DNA from: Octopus vulgaris
Lineage: Eukaryota
Direction of reading: 5' to 3'
DNA length: 64,000 nt
Assembly (NCBI GenBank): GCA_951406725.2
Contig: OX597832.1
Span: forward strand, 23,870,001 to 23,934,000
In this document: piece by piece, positions 1 through 13,857 of the stretch
Position numbering within the stretch: the first letter of the stretch is position 1
Layout of the letters: each line of letters opens with the position of its first letter
Translations under genes and position numbers: made by a program
The notes under the pieces: generated by a model
The model's input: the letters and a program-made list of their open reading frames with translations, nothing else
Told to the model about the DNA's origin: nothing
Databases searched by the model: none

Positions 1-480
1 TAACCATTTTATTTCTGGTCACGTACACATTCTCTCATGAACTTGGACTCATTCCAACATGAAAAAAATATTCCAACAATAATAAATATGTTGTTTACAA
101 TGGTTGTAACAGTTTAACGAATAAAAACAACCAGAAGACGGTGTGTCTGTATGCATGTGTAACTAATTAGGTGGCTGGCTTCATTAAGTCTTTAACATTC
201 AGACTACTTTGCCAAATGTAATGGCTGTTTAGTCACATTTTTTGTAGCTATGAGATTTTGAGGATATGATTATTTTTAGATTAACATTGTAAGGTAAGTG
301 TGAATGGCTAGAACTGGTCAGCTTCCATAAAAGAGAGGGAGAATATTTGAGTTGGACATGGCTGGATTCAACGGTAAAGGGTGAAGGTTTAACTGAAAAG
401 TTAGGAAGTCATTCTTTCATATAAACAGGCCTATATTATAAGCATGTAGGAGAGAGGCAGTCAGGCAGAGAAAGGAAAGA

Positions 481-1600
481 GTGGGCAGGCAGAGACGGAG
501 ACGGAGACGGGCGGGCAGGCAGGCAGAGACGGAGACAGTGAAGGGCGGGCAGGCAGACAGAGACAGTGAAGGGCAGGCAGGCAGACAGAGACGGAGAAGG
601 GCGGGCAGGCAGGCAGAGACGGAAAAGGGCAGGTGGGCAGACAGAGACGGAGAAGGGCAGGCGGGCAGGCAGAGACGGAGAGGGGCGGGCAGGCAGGCAG
701 AGACGGAGAGGGGCGGGCAGGCAGGCAGAGACGGAGAGGGGCGGGCAGGCAGGCAGAGACGGAGAAGGGCGGGCAGGCAGGCAGAGACGGAGAGGGGCGG
801 GCAGGCAGGCAGAGACGGAGAGGGGCGGGCAGGCAGGCAGAGACGGAGAGGGGCGGGCAGGCAGGCAGAGACGGAGAAGGGCGGGCAGGCAGGCAGAGAC
901 GGAGAGGGGCGGGCAGGCAGGCAGAGACGGAGAGGGGCGGGCAGGCAGGCAGAAACGGAGAGGGGCGGGCAGGCAGGCAGAGACGGAGAGGGGCGGGCAG
1001 GCAGGCAGAGACGGAGAGAGGCGGGCAGGCAGGCAGAGACGGAGAGGGGCGGGCAGACAGGCAGAGACGGAGAGGGGCGGGCAGGCAGGCAGAGACGGAG
1101 AGGGGCGGGCAGGCAGGCAGAGACGGAGAGGGGCGGGCAGGCAGGCAGAGACGGAGAGGGGCGGGCAGGCAGGCAGAGACGGAGAGAGGCGGGCAGGCAG
1201 GCAGAGACAGAGAGAGGCAGGCAGGCAGGCAGAGACAGAGAGAGGCAGGCAGGCAGGCAGAGACAGAGAGAGGCAGGCAGGCAGGCAGAGACGGAGAGGG
1301 GCGGGCAGGCAGGCAGAGACGGAGAGGGGCGGGCAGGCAGGCAGAGACGGAGAGGGGCGGGCAGGCAGGCAGAGACGGAGAGGGGCGGGCAGGCAGGCAG
1401 AGACGGAGAGGGGCAGGCAGGCAGGCAGAGACGGAGAGAGGCGGGCAGGCAGGCAGAGACAGAGAGAGGCAGGCAGGCAGGCAGAGACAGAGAGAGGCGG
1501 GCAGGCAGAGAGAATGAGAGGCGGGCAGGCAGTGAGAGAAGCGGAAAGGCAGGCAGAGAGAGAGAGAGAGAGGCGGGCAGACAGAGATGGACGAGGAGAG
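481..1600. repeat. GC-rich minisatellite, 28-bp unit GCAGGCAGGCAGAGACGGAGAGGGGCGG, about 35 copies
   Basis: Read directly; explains the five overlapping periodic ORFs. Confidence 0.97.
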
Positions 1601-2313
1601 TGAGGGCAGAGGGAAAACAGAGAAGTTGGTGGTAGCCTGATGGTGTAGGAAAGAAAGTGATGAGAGTGGCATGTTTGGGGCATTAAACAACCTTCACTCT
1701 CCGCATGGATTAACTAACAAAAGACAAAAAAAAATGTTACATGACCTTTTAATTTTTTTTTTTGTTTTTCATGGCGTTGCTTGTTTATAAAATCCTGGGT
1801 CATTAACATAAGTGATTTATTACAAGTCACATAATACATTTCAGACAATTAAGTAATTCTAGGAAAGGCCTCGTCAACAAACAGAAGCAGCAGCAGCAGC
1901 AGCCAGTCACAGAATCAATAACAATGTCACAAAGAGAGAGGAGGAGGAGGAGAGAGAGCAGATGGGGAGAGAGTGTGAGGGAGAGTATGAGAGAGAGCAA
2001 GTGGGGAGAGTGTGAGGGAGAGCAAGTGGAGAGAGTGTGAGGGAGAGTATGAGAGAGAGAGAGAGAGAAGTGCACATGTAGAACACAAACTAAACAATGC
2101 TACAATGATGACAGTGATGATGATTATGATGGTGGTGGTGGTGGTGTTGGTGGTGGTGGTGGTGGTGGAAAAAAAATAGCCTCTAAGAAGGAATAAAGTA
2201 CAAAGTAATTCCACCACAGATATGGTTTAATCCAAACAAGGACAAAAGCATAATCAATTGTTTGTGTTGTTGTGTGTGTTTATGTTCATAAAAATAATTC
2301 TACATTAAGTCGA

Positions 2314-2704
2314 GGTGCAGGAATGGCTGTGTGGTAAGTAGCTTGCTTACCAACCACATGGTTCCGGGTTCAGTCCCACTGCGTGGCACCTTGGGCAAGT
2401 ATCTTCTAATATAGCCTCGAGCCGACCAAAGCCTTATGAATGGATTTGTTAGACGGAAACTGAACGAAGCCCGTCGTATATATGTATATATATGTGTGTG
2501 CGTGTATGTTTGTGTTTGTCCCCCTAGCATTGCTTGACAACCGATGCTGATGTGTTTATGTCCCCGTTACTTAGCGGTTCAGCAAAAGAGACCGATAGAA
2601 TAAGTACTAGGCTTACAAAGAATAAGTCGCGGGGTCGAGTTGCTCGATTAAAGGCGGTGCTCCAGCATGGCCGCAGTCAAATGACTGAAACAAGTAAAAG
2701 AGTA
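2314..2704 (+). mobile_element. tRNA-derived SINE family A (CORE-like accttgggcaagt, internal (TA)n(TG)n). Other copies about 4948-5355(-), 13320-13620(-), 17798-18180(-), 19984-20345(+), 21220-21646(+), 22420-22775(+), 26695-27137(+), 36582-36966(+), 39221-39508(+), 43195-43360(+), 57660-58050(-)
   Basis: A-box/B-box-like head; many near-identical dispersed copies. Confidence 0.9.
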
Positions 2705-2885
2705 ATAATCTGATGGGTTACTCTATACTTTTGTAGAGTACAAAGTTATTATTCTTATACAAGAATATTATTGAAAGTGACTTTGAAGTTTTGGACAGCT
2801 AACCCATCATTGCCAGTCCGACCATGGCTTAAGGCTTAACTGGCCAAAACTTCAAAATCACCGTCAATAATATTGTTGCACAAGA

Positions 2886-2917
<32 letters not shown>

Positions 2918-3200
2918 CACCTTGACCAACCAAGCTATCAGATGTTGTTACACATCGCTGGTCACAATGCGCTTCGAATGACGCCATCCCGCTGGCTAAG
3001 TGAGAAGGCCAACAGAAGAAAGAGTGAGAGAAAGCTGTGGCGAAAGAGTACAGCAGGGATCACCACCACCCCCTGCCGGAGCCTCATGGAGCTTTAGGTG
3101 TTTTCGCTCAATAAACATTCACAACGCCCGGTCTGCGAATCGAAACCGTAATCCTACGACCGCGAGTCCGCTGCCCTAACCATTGGGCCATTGCGCCTCT

Positions 3201-3204
<4 letters not shown>

Positions 3205-3239
<35 letters not shown>

Positions 3240-3450
3240 TATATATATACATACATATATAGATATATATATACATACATATATATAGATATATATATAC
3301 ATACATATATATAGATATATATATACATACATATATATAGATATATATATACATACATATATATAGATATATATATACATACATATATATAGATATATAT
3401 ATACATACATATATATAGATATATATATACATACACACACATATATATAA
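3205..3450. repeat. (TA)n-derived 26-bp higher-order repeat
   Basis: gatatatatatacatacatatatata repeated about 8 times. Confidence 0.9.
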
Positions 3451-4677
3451 AGCTGGCAAAAATGTTAGCATGCAGGGCGAAATGCTTAGCAGTATTTCGT
3501 CTGTCTTTACGTTCTGAGTTCAAATTCCGCCAAGGTTGACTTTGCCTTTCATCCTTTCGGGTTCGATAAATTAAGTACCAGTTACGCACTGGGGTCGATA
3601 TAATCGACTTAATCCATCTGTCTGTCTGTCTCCTCTGTGTTTAGCCCCTTGTGGGTAGTAAAGAAATAGGTATTTCGTCTGTCTTTACGTTCTGAGTATG
3701 TGTGCGAGTATATACAGATACTGCAGGGAGGTTGGTGTTAGGAAGGGCATCCGGTCATAAAAGCTATGCCAAAAACAGACACAGAAGCATGGTGCCAGGT
3801 TCCTGCCTGGCCAGCTCCTGTCAAACTATGAAACCCATGGAAAAAAGATGTTAAACAATGAGATATGTATGTATGTATATATATATATACATGGCCCAGT
3901 GGTTAGGGCAGCGGACTTGCGGTCGGAGGATCGCGGTTTCGATTCCCAGACCGGGCGTTGTGTGTGTTTATTGAGCGAAAACACCTAAAAGCTCCACGAG
4001 GCTCCGGCAGGGGATGGTGGTGATCCCTGCTGTACTCTTTCACCACTCTAAAAGGCGGTGCTCCAGCATGGCCGCAGAGTCAAATGACTGAAACAAGTAC
4101 AAAAAAAAAAAAAATATATATATTACACACACACACGTATAAAGAGAAGGAGAGAGACACCAACAAACCTAAAAAAAACCCAGTAAAATGGGCCTAGGAG
4201 GTAACAAAGCAAGTGGAATTCAGAACACAAAGAGACGTAATCCAATCACCACAAGGTATTTTATGCAACACTCAACAGGTTCTTCTAATCCAACCATCTT
4301 ACTACAATTACTACATTCTTTGTATTGTGTTCCGGCTTGAATCGCGTATTAAATGCTTGCGGCTGTGGTTTGCCTGGCTGATTAAATACATAAATATATA
4401 AATATATAAATGATCGTTCCATGTCTATTACATGGCCAAGCGATCGTCGGTGACTGCAAATGCAGCCAGGTGCAAAGAGAACAACTGGTCCGACTAAACA
4501 ATACAATAAGACTGCAAGAAACAACTCAGTATGCAAAACAATGGGGGGGGGAGGGACTCGTAGATGTAAACTAATACTTTGAAGAACAATACTAATAATA
4601 ATAAGCTGGACATGAATGACCTACATACTGTTCATTCATTTCTTATGTGCTTGATAGTAACATGAATGACAGGGAGA

Positions 4678-4930
4678 GACACACACACACGTATGCATAC
4701 TCACACACACACACACACACATACACACACATACACACACACACATACGTATGCATACTCACAAACACACACACACACACACACACACATACGTATGCAT
4801 ACTCACAAACACACACACACACACACATACACACACACATGTATGCATATTCACACACACACACACACATGTATGCATACTCACACACACACATACACAT
4901 GTATGCATACTCACACACACAGACACACAA
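4678..4930. repeat. (CA)n-derived minisatellite punctuated by gtatgcatac
   Basis: Read directly. Confidence 0.9.
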
Positions 4931-6107
4931 TGTGTCTTTCTTTTTTCTTTTTTACTTGTTTCAGCCATTTTGACTGCGGCCATGCTGGAGCACCGCCTTT
5001 AATCGAGCAACTCGACCCCCCGGGACTTATTCTTTTTTGTAAGCCCAGTACTTTTTCTATCGGTCTCTTTCGCTGAACCACTAAGTGACGGGGACGTAAA
5101 CACACCAGCATCGGTTGTCAAGCAATGCTAAGGGGACAAACACAGACACACATACATATATATACATATATATACATATATATACATATATACGACAGGC
5201 TTCTTTCAGTCTCAGTCTACCAAATCCACTCACAAGGCTTTGGTCGGCCCGAGGCTAAAGCAGAAGACACTTACCCAAGGTGCCATGCAGTGGGACTGAA
5301 CCTGGAACCATGTGGCTGGTAAACAAGCTACTTACCACACAGCCACCCCTGCGCCTACTGTGTGTATACATAACACACAATATATGCATGTATATATACA
5401 TAACGTGTAAGTATAAGCATAAAATGCATTCCCCCCCCCCACCGTTATTATTGACATCCATCACTCACTCCTTAACCATCAATCATCTTTATTGTTATTC
5501 ATCACACACGTTCATTCTTTCTCTGATGACATTCAGCATCCTCACCTCCACCATCCCCCACCGTCACATTCCTGTTGAATCGCCATGAACAATCAACACA
5601 ACTGTATGTCAACCTCTCTCTCTCTCTCTCTCCATATCACTGGCTCTTTCCATTACTCCCTTTCTATCACTTCTCACTCAGGACATTTTTTCATCGCTCT
5701 CCCTTCTCCGAGTCAAAGAATGGACCGACTTCCTGGTGCAGGTGAACATACAAAGAGAAACAACAGAATACAGAGGGAGAGAGAGAGAGAGAGAGAGAGA
5801 TTCTTAGGTTTTGCCAAGGATATGACAAACTCTGTAGCAATCTGTGCCACAATGAGAGATAAACTAAATATACCCCCAGCTTCATTTACAATAGGAAGAA
5901 CATCCAGCCATGGGGAAAGAAAATGTGGTGAAAATGGAAATTTTAATTAAAATGAGAGAGTTGAGTGTGTGAGTGAGAGTGAGTGTGTGTGAGTGAGTGA
6001 GAGAGTGTGAGTGAGTGAGAGAGTGTGAAAGAAGAAAATGAAACTGAAGAGGAAACTAACAGTTTCCTGTTAGTCGTGGATGGTCAATTTAGAAAATCTG
6101 GAATTAT

Positions 6108-6467
6108 GGCGTGATCGTTGCCAGAGCGGCCATCTGGCCTCCGTGCCAGTGGCGCGTAAAATACACCATTCGAGCGTGATCGTTACCAGCATTGCCTAAC
6201 TGGCACCTGTGCCAGTGGCATGTATAAAAGATTTGAGCGAGGTCGCTGCTAGTACCGCCCGACTGGCCCACGTGCCGGTGGCACGTAAAAAGCACCCACT
6301 ACACTCTCGGAGTGGTTGGCGTTAGGAAGGGCATCCAGCTGTAGAAACTCTGCTAAGATCAAGATTGAAGCCTGGTGCAGCCATCTGGTTCGCCAGCCCT
6401 CAGTCATTCGTCCAACCCATGCTAGCATGGAAAGCGGACGTTAAACGATGATGATGATGATGATGAT
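6108..6467 (+). mobile_element. Family D retroposon with internal ~55-bp repeats and (GAT)n tail. Other copies about 14593-15048(-), 15523-15836(-), 19308-19782(+), 46000-46328(+), 48007-48335(-), 49965-50431(+), 55570-56040(-)
   Basis: Shared 3' end ...ccaacccatgctagcatggaaagcggacgttaaacgatgatgat; variable 5' truncation. Confidence 0.85.
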
Positions 6468-6741
6468 GGCATGAGAATTGTAGAGAAATGTAGAAGTGTG
6501 GACAACCATGCATCATCCAGATATGTGACTAAATTGATAGGAAATTAAACAACTTGGCGATCATGTTGGTGATTGGGTTATAACTGCTAAAGAAAAGGAA
6601 TGATTTTGAAAAACAAAAACAACAAAAAATCCTAGTAAATTTTGAAGAAGAATGGAAAATGGCAATCTAAGTTCAAAGTAGTTCACAGTTAACAGTTTTA
6701 CTGAGGTGGAAGGCAACTGGTGATTAAATTGGAAACCCGTA

Positions 6742-7032
6742 TTGATTTGTCATTCAGTAAACCCTAAGGTCCACCGATCATTCCTGACTAGTTTATTGGA
6801 AATCCAATACTCCAATAAAAAATTTGAGGTTACAAAATCTTTATTTGAAGACATGCTCAAGAAACTGGTTTCTGTACCAATGACAAAAGATGCTGCCAAG
6901 TCTATAGATTTAGATTCTAAAATTCTATTGATGTTGGATAATTCTCCAACTGCACCTGAAAACTTCTCTCAAAATCTTATAGTTGTATTTTTACCAATCA
7001 TGACAAAAAACTGGCACTGTCAGATGCAATAA
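6742..7032 (+). pseudogene. Decayed pogo/Tigger DDE_1 transposase fragment
   Basis: SNKK..VT..LFED, KILLMLDNSP and VVFLP motifs. Confidence 0.7.
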
Positions 7033-8329
7033 CAGGAGTTCCAGTTGGCCCAATGAATGGAACAGCTGCTTGTAAAATTTATAAGTGGCTCAGCACTCTA
7101 CAGACGCATATACCTAGGGGCTAAACACAGAGAGGACAAACAGATTAAGTCGATTATATCAACCCCAGTGCATAACTGGTACTTTTTTATTTGACCCCGA
7201 AAGGATGAAAGGTAAAGTCGACCTCGGTGGAATTTGAACCCAGAACGTAGTGGCAGACAAAATACTGCTAAGCATTTCGCCTGGCGTGCTAACATTTCTG
7301 CCAGCTCGCCGCCAGACGCATATACCCTTAATGTAGTTCTAAGGGAGATTCTACGTTATACAATGTGATAAGGCTGGCTCTTAATTACACGTACAACTCA
7401 TTTTTGCCAGCTGAGTGGACTGGAGCAATGTGAAATAAAGTTCCTTGCTCAAGGACAAAAAAGCATCATCAAGAATTGAACTCGTGACCTTGTGATCACG
7501 AGCCAAATACACTAACCACATGCCTTCAAACATGACATCACTGTTGCAGCCGACGAATTAGCACCCAGTCTACACTGTAAAGTGGTTGGTGTTCAGAAAG
7601 GCATCCAGCTGTAAAAACCTTGCCAAAACTAATCTCACCTGTGCTAGTGCCACGTAAAAAGCACTAAGTGAATGGTTGGTGTTAGGAAGGACATCCAGCT
7701 GTAAAAATCCTGCCAAAACAGTCACAGAAGTCTGGTGCAGGCTTCGGCCTGGCCGGCTTTTGAGGTACCGCCCCACCCATGCCAGCATGAAACACAGACA
7801 TTAAATGATGATGATGAAAGCAACATTCCAGGCCCTATTACATAAGCAAAACTTTTGCCCAGATTATTGAAAAAGCAATAAGAGGAAAAACAATTCACTT
7901 TACAGACTATTGGAAGAAGCATAACAAAAAAAATGAACCAGAAAATATCCATGACACATGACACATGACATTCTATATATATATCACGTGATCACGTGAC
8001 CAACCAGGCTATCAGATGTTGTTACACATCGCTGGTCACAATGCGCTTTGCATTGTTTTAGCCTTCAAATGATGCCACCCCGCTGGTTAAGCGAGCAGGC
8101 CTACAGAAGAAAGAGAGAAAGTTGTGGTGAAAGAGTACAGCAGGGATCACCACCACCCCCTACCGGAGCCTCGTGGAGTTTTTTAGGTGTTTCCACTCAA
8201 TAATCACTCACAACGACCGGTATGGGTATCGAAACTGCAATCCTACGACCATGAGTCCACTGCCCTAACCACTGGGCTATTGCGCCTCCATATATATATA
8301 TATATATAATATATATATATATAGAGAGA

Positions 8330-8525
8330 GTTTACGAAAAAACAAAATACGAAGACAGGTGGTGTACAATACAAACAGATGTAATAGTATAATGCTCAGG
8401 AATAGAAAAAGTCTTTTACGTTTTGAGCCTACGCTCTTCTACAGAAAGGGACACAGAAAAAACAAGGCGAGAAAAAAGGAGAGAAAAAAAATGTGTAGTG
8501 GCTAATGGTCTATAATGGTGACCCT
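8330..8525 (-). mobile_element. Penelope-like terminal-repeat element with decayed hammerhead
   Basis: Minus strand ctttCTGtAGAaGAGCgtagGCTCaAAACGTAaaag; (TA)n both sides. Confidence 0.45.
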
Positions 8526-9862
8526 AATATATATATATTTTCTTTTTTAATATTGTATTAGATAAAAAAAGAAAAAACTCAATTCAGCCGAAACAATGTG
8601 AGAAATGCAAGATGGGGGTATGTTGTTCTGATATCTGTCAACTTATTCCCCGTGCCCTGACAAAAGGTGTCATTACCATGAAATATTGAAATACAAGGTA
8701 AAAGTTCATCTATTGGTCTGTTTCCAGTTTTGTATTACACCTTGTATTTCATTTTTCTTCGTTTCAGTTACATCACGGGGTTTTATCAGAGAGAGAGACA
8801 GACAGACAGAGTTGTGTGTGCATGCGTGCGTGCATACACACACACTCACAATTAGATTGCCACTGATACACTCAGGTACATTTGACAGGTACTGTTTCTC
8901 ATCCCTGAAAACAAATCGAGTCCTCATCAAGCAGGCTTAGAGCAATTGCCAGTTTAGTAAAAAGCTCAATCATGAACAGGCTGGACTGGTCTTAGATTGT
9001 TACCAGTAGCAGGTCCTTCGTGGATACAGGTACATAGTGTGTATGTACCTGTATACATATACACACACATATACATATACATATACACACACACACACAC
9101 GCGTATGTGAGTGTGTGTGCTGCTGTTGTTGTAACCAACTCCAGTTTAACCAGTTTTCTCATTGATCAGTATCATAAGTACAATGCCAACCAAAAAAGTT
9201 TCTTGGTACAGAATCGGACAAATTTAGACTCTTGCATATACGGAGTGCGTGAGTGAGTGAAACGACGTTCAGAGCTTTCTTATTTCTCCCATCTTGGTGA
9301 AGTTTTCTTTTTTTTTCAATCTAGCCTCTTGTAGCTATTTATAGTTCCACATCGCAACCAGTTTCCCCATTTTGGAACTCCACACAGCTGGTTCACCAAT
9401 GAAACTACCAAACAACACATCCCTGCCAATGCATATAAATAGTTAAACACAGAACATCATGTACGGACACTGAACAGCCAGCTATAAAAATACTCGGCGA
9501 GTTACACAAACCTATTACATATTCATCTATTTATAGGTTGTCTTGATCATTTCCGTTCACTCACTTGTTCAGCATCCTCAACAGGTCTTCAAAGTCTACT
9601 TTTCCATGCCTGCATGAGTCAGACAAAGTTTATTCAGAAGGAAAATTTCCGATATTTCGATGCCCATTTCCAAGCCATATTTACCCATGGTCAAACGTTT
9701 ACACAGACTATTGGAAATGTATGACACTGGTTGTATGACTGTAACACTCACAACTATCACTTCTAATGATCCGCAGGGATGCAGAATATCTACCTTAAAA
9801 CACACACACACAAACCTGATAAGATTCTGAATGGTGTGCATTTACAAGGTACTGGTCAACCT

Positions 9863-10245
9863 GGTGGAGGCGCAATGGCCCAGTGGTTAGGGCAGCGGAC
9901 TCGCGGTCATAGGATCGCGGTTTCGATTCCCAGACCGGGCGTTGTGAGTGTTTATTGAGCGAAAACACCTAAAGCTCCACGAGGCTCCGGCAGGGGATGG
10001 TGGTGATCCCTGCTGCACTCTTTCACCACGACTTTCTCTCACTCTTTCTTCCTGTTTCTGTTGTACCTGTACTTCAAAGGGCCGGCCTTGTCACTCTCTG
10101 TGTCACGCTGAATATCCCCGAGAACTACGTTAAGGGTACACGTGTCTGTGGAGTGCTCAGCCACTTACACGTTAATTTCACAAGCAGGCTGTTCTGTTGA
10201 TTCGGTTCAACCGGAACCCTCGTCGTAACCGACGGAGTGCTTCCA
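9863..10245 (+). mobile_element. tRNA-derived SINE family C, full length, 13-bp TSD tactggtcaacct. Other copies 29771-30157(+, TSD tacagttggtcatt), 51939-52321(-); same head at 2917-3201(-), 3890-4048(+), 7985-8290(-), 32840-33140(+)
   Basis: Head ggcgcaatggcccagtggttagggcagcggac...gtttcgattccc; TSDs read directly. Confidence 0.9.
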
Positions 10246-12199
10246 TACTGGTCAACCTAAGGCTATAGTGGAAGATATCCATGATACAAAGCAGAGACAC
10301 TGGCCCCTTGGAACAGCAGGTTTTCAAAGCAAACTTCTTAACCACACAACTAAGCCTGGAGAGAGAAAGAGAAAGTGTGGGTGTGTGTGTGTTTCTATCA
10401 TCTTTTTAACGACCACTTTTTCTATGCTTGCATGGGTCAGGCATAGATAAAGGCAGATTTTCAACAGCTGGATGCCCTTCATGTCACCAGCCCTTATTTG
10501 TGTGTTCCAAGCAAGATAATATCTTCTCCATGGCTAGTCATGATCTCACAGAATATTCTTTCCTGCTCTTGGCACAAGGCCCGAAATTTTAGGGGTGGAG
10601 CAGGGGCCAGCCAATTAGATCGACCCCAGTATACAACTGATAATTTATCAGCCCTGAAAGGATGAAAGGCAAAGTCAACCTTGGCGGAATTTGAACTCAG
10701 AACGTGCAGATAGATGGAATACCTCTAAGCATTTTGCCCAGGATGCTAACGATTCTGCCAGCTCACCGCCTTAGATCTCACAAAATATTTATTTATTGCC
10801 CACAGGGGGCTACACACAGAGGGGGACAAACAAGGACAGACAAAGGGATTAAGTCAATTACATTGACCCCAGTGCATAACTGGTACTTATTCAATCAACA
10901 CCAAAAGGATGAAAGGCAAAGTCGACCTCAGCAGAATTTGAACTCAGAACGTAACGGCAGACAAAATACCTATTTCTTAACTACCCACAAGGGGCTAAAC
11001 ACAGAGAGGACAAACAAGGACAGACAAACGGATTAAGTCTATTATATCGACCCTAGTGCGTAACTGGTACTTATTTAATCGACACCGAAAGGATGAAAGG
11101 CAAAGTTGACTTCGGCGGAATTTGAACTCAGAACATAACGGCAGACAAAATACCTATTTCTTTACTACCCACAGGGGGCTAAACACAGAAGGAACAAACA
11201 AGGACAGACAAATGGATTAAGTCGATTATATTGACCCCCAGTGCGTAACTGGTACTTATTTAATCGACTCCAAAAGGATGAAAGGCAAAGTCAACCTCGG
11301 CAGAATTTGAACTCAGGACGTAACAGCAGACAAAATACCACTAAGCATTCCACCCGGTGTGCTAACGATTCTGCCAGCTCAACACCTTATCTCAGAATAT
11401 TGTAAACGAAGGACACCGCCTGTATAACAATGACACTCATTTACAACCACCACACAATGTACACTACAAGCCTCATTCAGCTTCCATCTATTCACAAGAT
11501 TTTGGTCAGCCTCCATCTATTGTAGAAGACACCTGCCCAATGTGCCATGCAGTGGGACTGAACCTGAAACCATGTGGTTGAGAGGCAAACTTCCTAACCA
11601 CACAGCCACCAGTTCTCCCTCCATATTGCTATTTAGAAGCCATGTTTCTCTTGCTTTTCTCTTTCTTCCTTTCTTTCTTTCTCAAAAAGTATGTTTAGTA
11701 TTTTATGGCGAAACAAAAGACATAATGTAAAGCGTATTTAGAAATAAAATGGGATTTAATATAACTTTCGGGCAGAAAATTAGCCATGACAGAATAAACA
11801 AACAGAAGAATAAAAAGGAAAAAAAAAAAATAATAATAATAATAATAATAATAAAAGAGTCCAATCAGAGTAATTTTATTGCTTTGCTTTGTGGGGGGGG
11901 ATTTTTCCTCTCCCACCCACCCCACTCCCTCACTTTTTTTTTTCCATTTGGTTTGGAGACAACCATAGTAAGAAATATGATCAATAAGACAGTCTTTGTG
12001 AATTAATCAATAATTCTCCATATCTCTTTTCTATCTCTAACTTATACACATATATAGAAAAACACATACATACATACATACATACACACACACACAGAGG
12101 CAGGCAAACCACTCAAGAACATGCATATATAACCACAGAAACCATGAACAGCAGAATAAATAAAACACCAACAGTTGTTGGCATTCCATTATTTTTATT

Positions 12200-12411
12200 G
12201 AAAGAGAGAGAGAGAGAGAGAGAAAAGGGAGAGAGAAAGAGCAAGAGAGAGAAAGAGCAAGAGAGAGAAAGCAAGAGAGAGAGAGAGAGAGAGAGAAAGA
12301 GCAAGAGCAAGAGAGAGAAAGAGAGAAAGAAAGAAAGAAAGAGAGAGAGAAAGAAAGAGAGAAAGAGAGAGAGAGAGAAAGAGAGAAAGAAAGAGAGAGA
12401 AAAAGAAAGAG

Positions 12412-12454
<43 letters not shown>

Positions 12455-12461
12455 GAGAAAG

Positions 12462-12496
<35 letters not shown>

Positions 12497-12560
12497 AAAA
12501 AAGAAAAAGAAAAAGAAAGGAAAGAAAGAAAGAGTGAGTGTGAGTGAGTGTGTGTGTGTG
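12200..12560. repeat. (GA)n/(GAAA)n polypurine tract
   Basis: Read directly. Confidence 0.95.
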
Positions 12561-12826
12561 TTTCCACTGCTTGGAGAAAATATCAATACACTAAAAGCTA
12601 AATTGCTCTAAAATGTTAACATCCAGGTTTTCATTTTGTGTAACGCAAGACCACTTTAATGTAATGGATGAAGACATTGTTGGTTGACCCCAATATATTA
12701 CTGGGTTGCTGCTGCTGCTGTTTAGTTCCAGATTCAAAACTTTTCCAGCAATGACCACCTTTTTTTTTCCTTTTTATTCTATATAAGGCAGTGACCCGAT
12801 GGAAACCTGTTGACTCTGGTTTAGGG

Positions 12827-13057
12827 TTTAACCCTTTAGCATTTAAACCGGCCATATCCGGCCAAAAGTATTCTGACTGTTTTATGTTCAAACTGGCCAG
12901 ATCCGGTCTCTCACACCAACCCTACAATACCGTTTGAAAAAATTAACATCTACCTCATCAAAATCTCAAAGCTACAAGATTAATCCATGATTAGTTCAAA
13001 ACAATGTGGATAAAAAAGGATTAATTTTGGCAGAATAATGCGAACATTAAAGGGTTT
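12827..13057. mobile_element. Second TTAA-flanked piggyBac-type MITE family (~230 bp); further copies near 190-385, 37341-37568, 43037-43190, 53312-53540, 58149-58373
   Basis: ttaaccctttagcatt...aaagggtt termini and shared body. Confidence 0.75.
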
Positions 13058-13843
13058 AAAAAGATTAGGGAGAAGTCAAAATGCATCTGTTCCAAGACAT
13101 GATGCTAAAGAAAAAAAGATGAAACATTTGGCAGTGATTCACCGATCTTTTGGAACCATTACTACACGGGAGAAAATACTTAGCAGCATTTCTTCCAACT
13201 CCTTACGTTTTAAGTTCAAATCCTACTGAGGGAAACTTAGCCTTTCAACCATTTGAGGACAATGAAATTAGTATCAATCAGTTGAGCAGGGGGGGGGCAA
13301 TATAATCGATTCTTACTTGAAGGGTTTTTAGTCAAAGAAATTGATCCCCAGGGCTTATTTTTTGTAAGCCTGGTATTTATTCTATTGGTCTCTTTTGCCG
13401 AACTGCTAAGTTACAGAGACAGAAACACACCAACACTGGTTGTCAAGAGATGGTGGGGTGGGGTGGGCAAACAGACACAAATACACACACACACACGACG
13501 GGCTTCTTTCAGTTTCCATCAAGCAAATCCACTGACAAGGCTTTGGTCAGCCTGAGGCTACAGTAAAAGACACTTGCCCAGGGTGCTATGCCATGGGACT
13601 GAACCCAGAACCACATGATTGAAAATCCACGCTTAAGCCTATACCACATGTATGTGGATATAAAATATTCCTTAGTCCTTTCCCTCTTTCTTTCCCTTGT
13701 CTATTATATTACTTTAGTCATTACGAAAAAAAATGTCGCCAATATACTCTAAAATTATTTGTCGACAACACTTGTTATTTATATTCTGATGAGTTTTACT
13801 AGATTAGCAATCCAAATGGTCAGTCCTTGGGAGCCAGTTGCTG

Positions 13844-13857
13844 GTTTCTATGGCAAC
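13844..13857. promoter_or_regulatory. RFX X-box motif GTTTCTATGGCAAC
   Basis: Matches 14-bp GTHNYY-AT-RRNAAC consensus in unique sequence. Confidence 0.4.

Noticed and set aside
436-1690. Five long ORFs of 294-415 aa
   Set aside because: Translations of a 28-bp minisatellite with no stop codons
9865-9940. tRNA-like sequence (also the other SINE heads)
   Set aside because: No acceptor stem closure; continues into a SINE body flanked by TSDs
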